A DNA stretch of 64,000 nt from contig OZ287706.1 of the NCBI GenBank assembly GCA_965649825.1, positions 1 through 64,000 on the forward strand, read 5' to 3'. Numbering within the stretch: position 1 is the stretch's first letter; the number at the start of each line of letters is the position of its first letter. The position numbers and the translations under genes were made by a program. Below are positions 61,735 through 64,000 of the stretch, in pieces. Under the pieces are notes generated by a model. It was not told the DNA's origin. It saw only the letters and a list, made by a program, of their open reading frames with translations, and ran no database searches. Origin of the DNA: Penicillus capitatus. Taxonomy: Eukaryota > Plantae > Chlorophyta.

Positions 61735-64000
61735 CTATCTCAGTTGCCACTCTGCTCTGATCGAAGCAGCAATAAAAGCAGATGTGTCTGATACCTCATC
61801 TATGATCAATGCTGTCGGTTTGCCATGTCCATGACCCGTTCTCGTCTCAATTCTTGCGATCAGTGGATTTCTTTGCTTCCTGTTGGTGCCTGAACAGAAC
61901 TTATGCTGCAGTTCTGCCAAGAATTTAAATGTGTGTAGTGAACTGACGCGGTCATCGTGATCGCCAGTTGTCAGAAGAATGGATGGATACTGCTGTGTTC
62001 CGTCTTCCGGTATTCGGACGTTGTGTAGCGGAGAGTACGAGTAGATATACTCAAATGCCTCCAGTTCGTCCGGATTTCCGTATTCTGGCACCCAGCCATG
62101 GCCAATTGTGAATTTGTGAAAACGTAACATGTCCAGCACACCAACATCACAAACAACAGCTCCGAAAAGATCGGGCCTCTGATTGGCACAGACGGCTACC
62201 AACAAACCTCCATTCGAGGCACCCTGAATAGCCAGTCGCGATGGATTGCAGTAGTTATTGTGGATCAGGAACTCTGCACACGCTTGAAAATCATCAAAAG
62301 TGTTTTGTTTATTCTCCAGGCTCCCACCCTTTCGCCATTCCAGTCCATATTCATTCCCCCCTCTGAGATTCGGCTGTGCAATGACGCCGCCATAAGCAAC
62401 AACAAAAGCAGCGAGAGCGACGGAGAATCGCGGTAGCACGTTGGTGCCAAATCCGCCGTACCCCGTCAACAATGTCGGATTTTCGCTATTTAGCTCCATA
62501 TCCTTCTTACGCATCACGAACATTGGGATTTTCACTTTTTTATCATAACTGTCCACGAACACCTGGTCGATCTGGAATTGTTCTGGCAAAAAACCGGGGA
62601 TCTTTGTCTGGTTAATGACAGAAAGATTGTTATCCTCAGCTTCGAAGCGATATACAGTCGGCGGTAATGCCATAGATTGATGGGAAAAGAAAACTTCAGA
62701 TGATATTCTCTTGCCGGAGAATGATGTGACAGTGCCGAGCTCTGGAATATCGATTTCATGAATCAAGTTCCCTGTCGAAAGTTGCCTCAGCTCCAGCACA
62801 TGTGCACAGTTTCGCAAGTAGCAGATGACAATCTTGTCTCCCCGGACGGCGCATGCCCATTCCAGCACATCCTTTTCCTGTTGTGGCACCAGCGTCTTCC
62901 ATCTTTTCGGATCCCTAAGATCAACCTGCACCAGCTTTCCCCTCGGGGCATTCTCATTTGTTTTGAAAACAAAATGCGGTCCCTCATTCGTTATGAACTC
63001 GTACGCATGTTCGATCTTTTTGATGAGAGGTGTGATCTTGGATGCGCAACCATCGAAATTCGGTAACCCCAGGTCATTTCGCTCGAGTTTCGTGAGATCG
63101 AGGTAGTGGATTGCATTTCCAGGATGACATCCCTTGTACTCGCCTACGACCAAATACTCCCCATCCTCTGTCACCTCCGATTCAAGAAAGTTCTCTGGCT
63201 TGTCATCCAGTTTCAACACCACGATATCTTCTGACTGCGGCGTCCCGATGACATGATAACAAAGGTGATGGTACCTGCACACTCGCCTTGTACCCAATCA
63301 CCGATCACACGAGGCAGCATACTTGTTAGGATGAGTTTCTCTTCCAAGAGAACCATTCACCACCTCTGGTTCGGGAAAGCGACAATAGAAGAATCCTTTC
63401 TCATCGTGTGTCCACGACACACCGCTCAGCTTGACGAAGTTCACTTCATCTGGTAATGCATCGTAATAGCGCCCATTCACGGGTCTTGGCTTCACAGCCA
63501 CCACTTTGATTTTCATCCAATCGGAGCCTCCACTACTCACTGTGTATGCCATATAGTTGGCATTCTCACTGAAAAAATAGTCAATCAATGCCACAGTCCC
63601 ATCCTCACTCCATTCATTTGGATCCATAAACACCTTCTGATCTTTAAAGTCCCCGTCATCAACACAGATCACACTTTGGTTCTGCAATCCCTTGTTAAAA
63701 CGGTAGTAGTACTGTCCTGCTTCTTCTTGAGGACATCCAAACTTCGGCGTGTTGTACATGGAGGTGAACAGCCGCCTGAAATCTTCTCGAGTGTCACACT
63801 TCTCAAGAACCTGCTCCGAGAAGAAGTTCTGTGATTCAATGAAGGCAGCAGTGCGAGAACTCTCTGAGTCTTCGAGTGAACGATAGGGATCATGTACTTC
63901 CACCCCAAACATGTCTTCTCTCACATCATCACGAGATACCCATGGATATGAACTTGGGTCGACAGACAAACCGCCTCCTGGTGCACCTTGTTTCGGCGGA
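61735..64000 (-). CDS. PREP: Prolyl oligopeptidase (S9A), 5' end beyond the window
   Basis: EVHDPYRSLED, GYGGFG, NLRGGNEYG, GASNGGLL, VGVLDMLRFHKFTIGHGW, TGDHDDRV and GHGHGKP; one intron near 63250-63300. Confidence 0.96.

Noticed and set aside
1-64000. Prokaryotic or viral operon-like organisation, CRISPR arrays, rRNA/tRNA genes
   Set aside because: Genes are eukaryotic and intron-rich. I saw no repeat-spacer array, cloverleaf or rRNA-like sequence.

Overview
This is a eukaryotic nuclear window, not a prokaryotic one. It is a very compact green-algal genome (about 48-50% GC in genes) with frequent 45-70 nt GT-AG introns, the standard genetic code and the chlorophyte-type TGTAA poly(A) signal. 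The supplied ORF track fragments most genes because of these introns and because it allows GTG/TTG/CTG starts. Plastid-function genes (CCB3, CPP1, TRXz) plus the flagellar gene CFAP70 indicate a chlorophyte with flagellate stages. The Ala-rich secreted protein resembles families I recall from siphonous ulvophytes (Bryopsidales), but that placement is an unverified inference. About 30 genes can be reconstructed, mostly housekeeping: GS-I-like, CFAP70, REV7, CCB3, glyoxalase I, ARIADNE, proline iminopeptidase, PRP40C-like, CPP1, CCT5, malic enzyme, Kelch-BTB, RanBPM, F-box, WDR53, GDPD, PUS7, RPF1, EPC/EPL1, TRXz, DPH4 and prolyl oligopeptidase. The best novelty candidate is a tandem triplet (40.6-43.9 kb) of ~216-228 aa, signal-peptide-less genes. 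They share one intron and a GY-H-x-H-D-V-E motif resembling the GHRHDWE heptapeptide of NLP/NPP1 cytolysins and the related Vps62 motif. The second theme is extreme gene packing: divergent ATGs 36-56 bp apart, same-strand stop-to-start gaps of 44-93 bp without TGTAA (bicistron candidates), and one tail-to-tail CDS overlap. There are also two AT-rich decayed islands and a few small repeats. I found no rRNA, tRNA, CRISPR array or intact transposon. Gene spans were spliced by eye and are approximate where stated.
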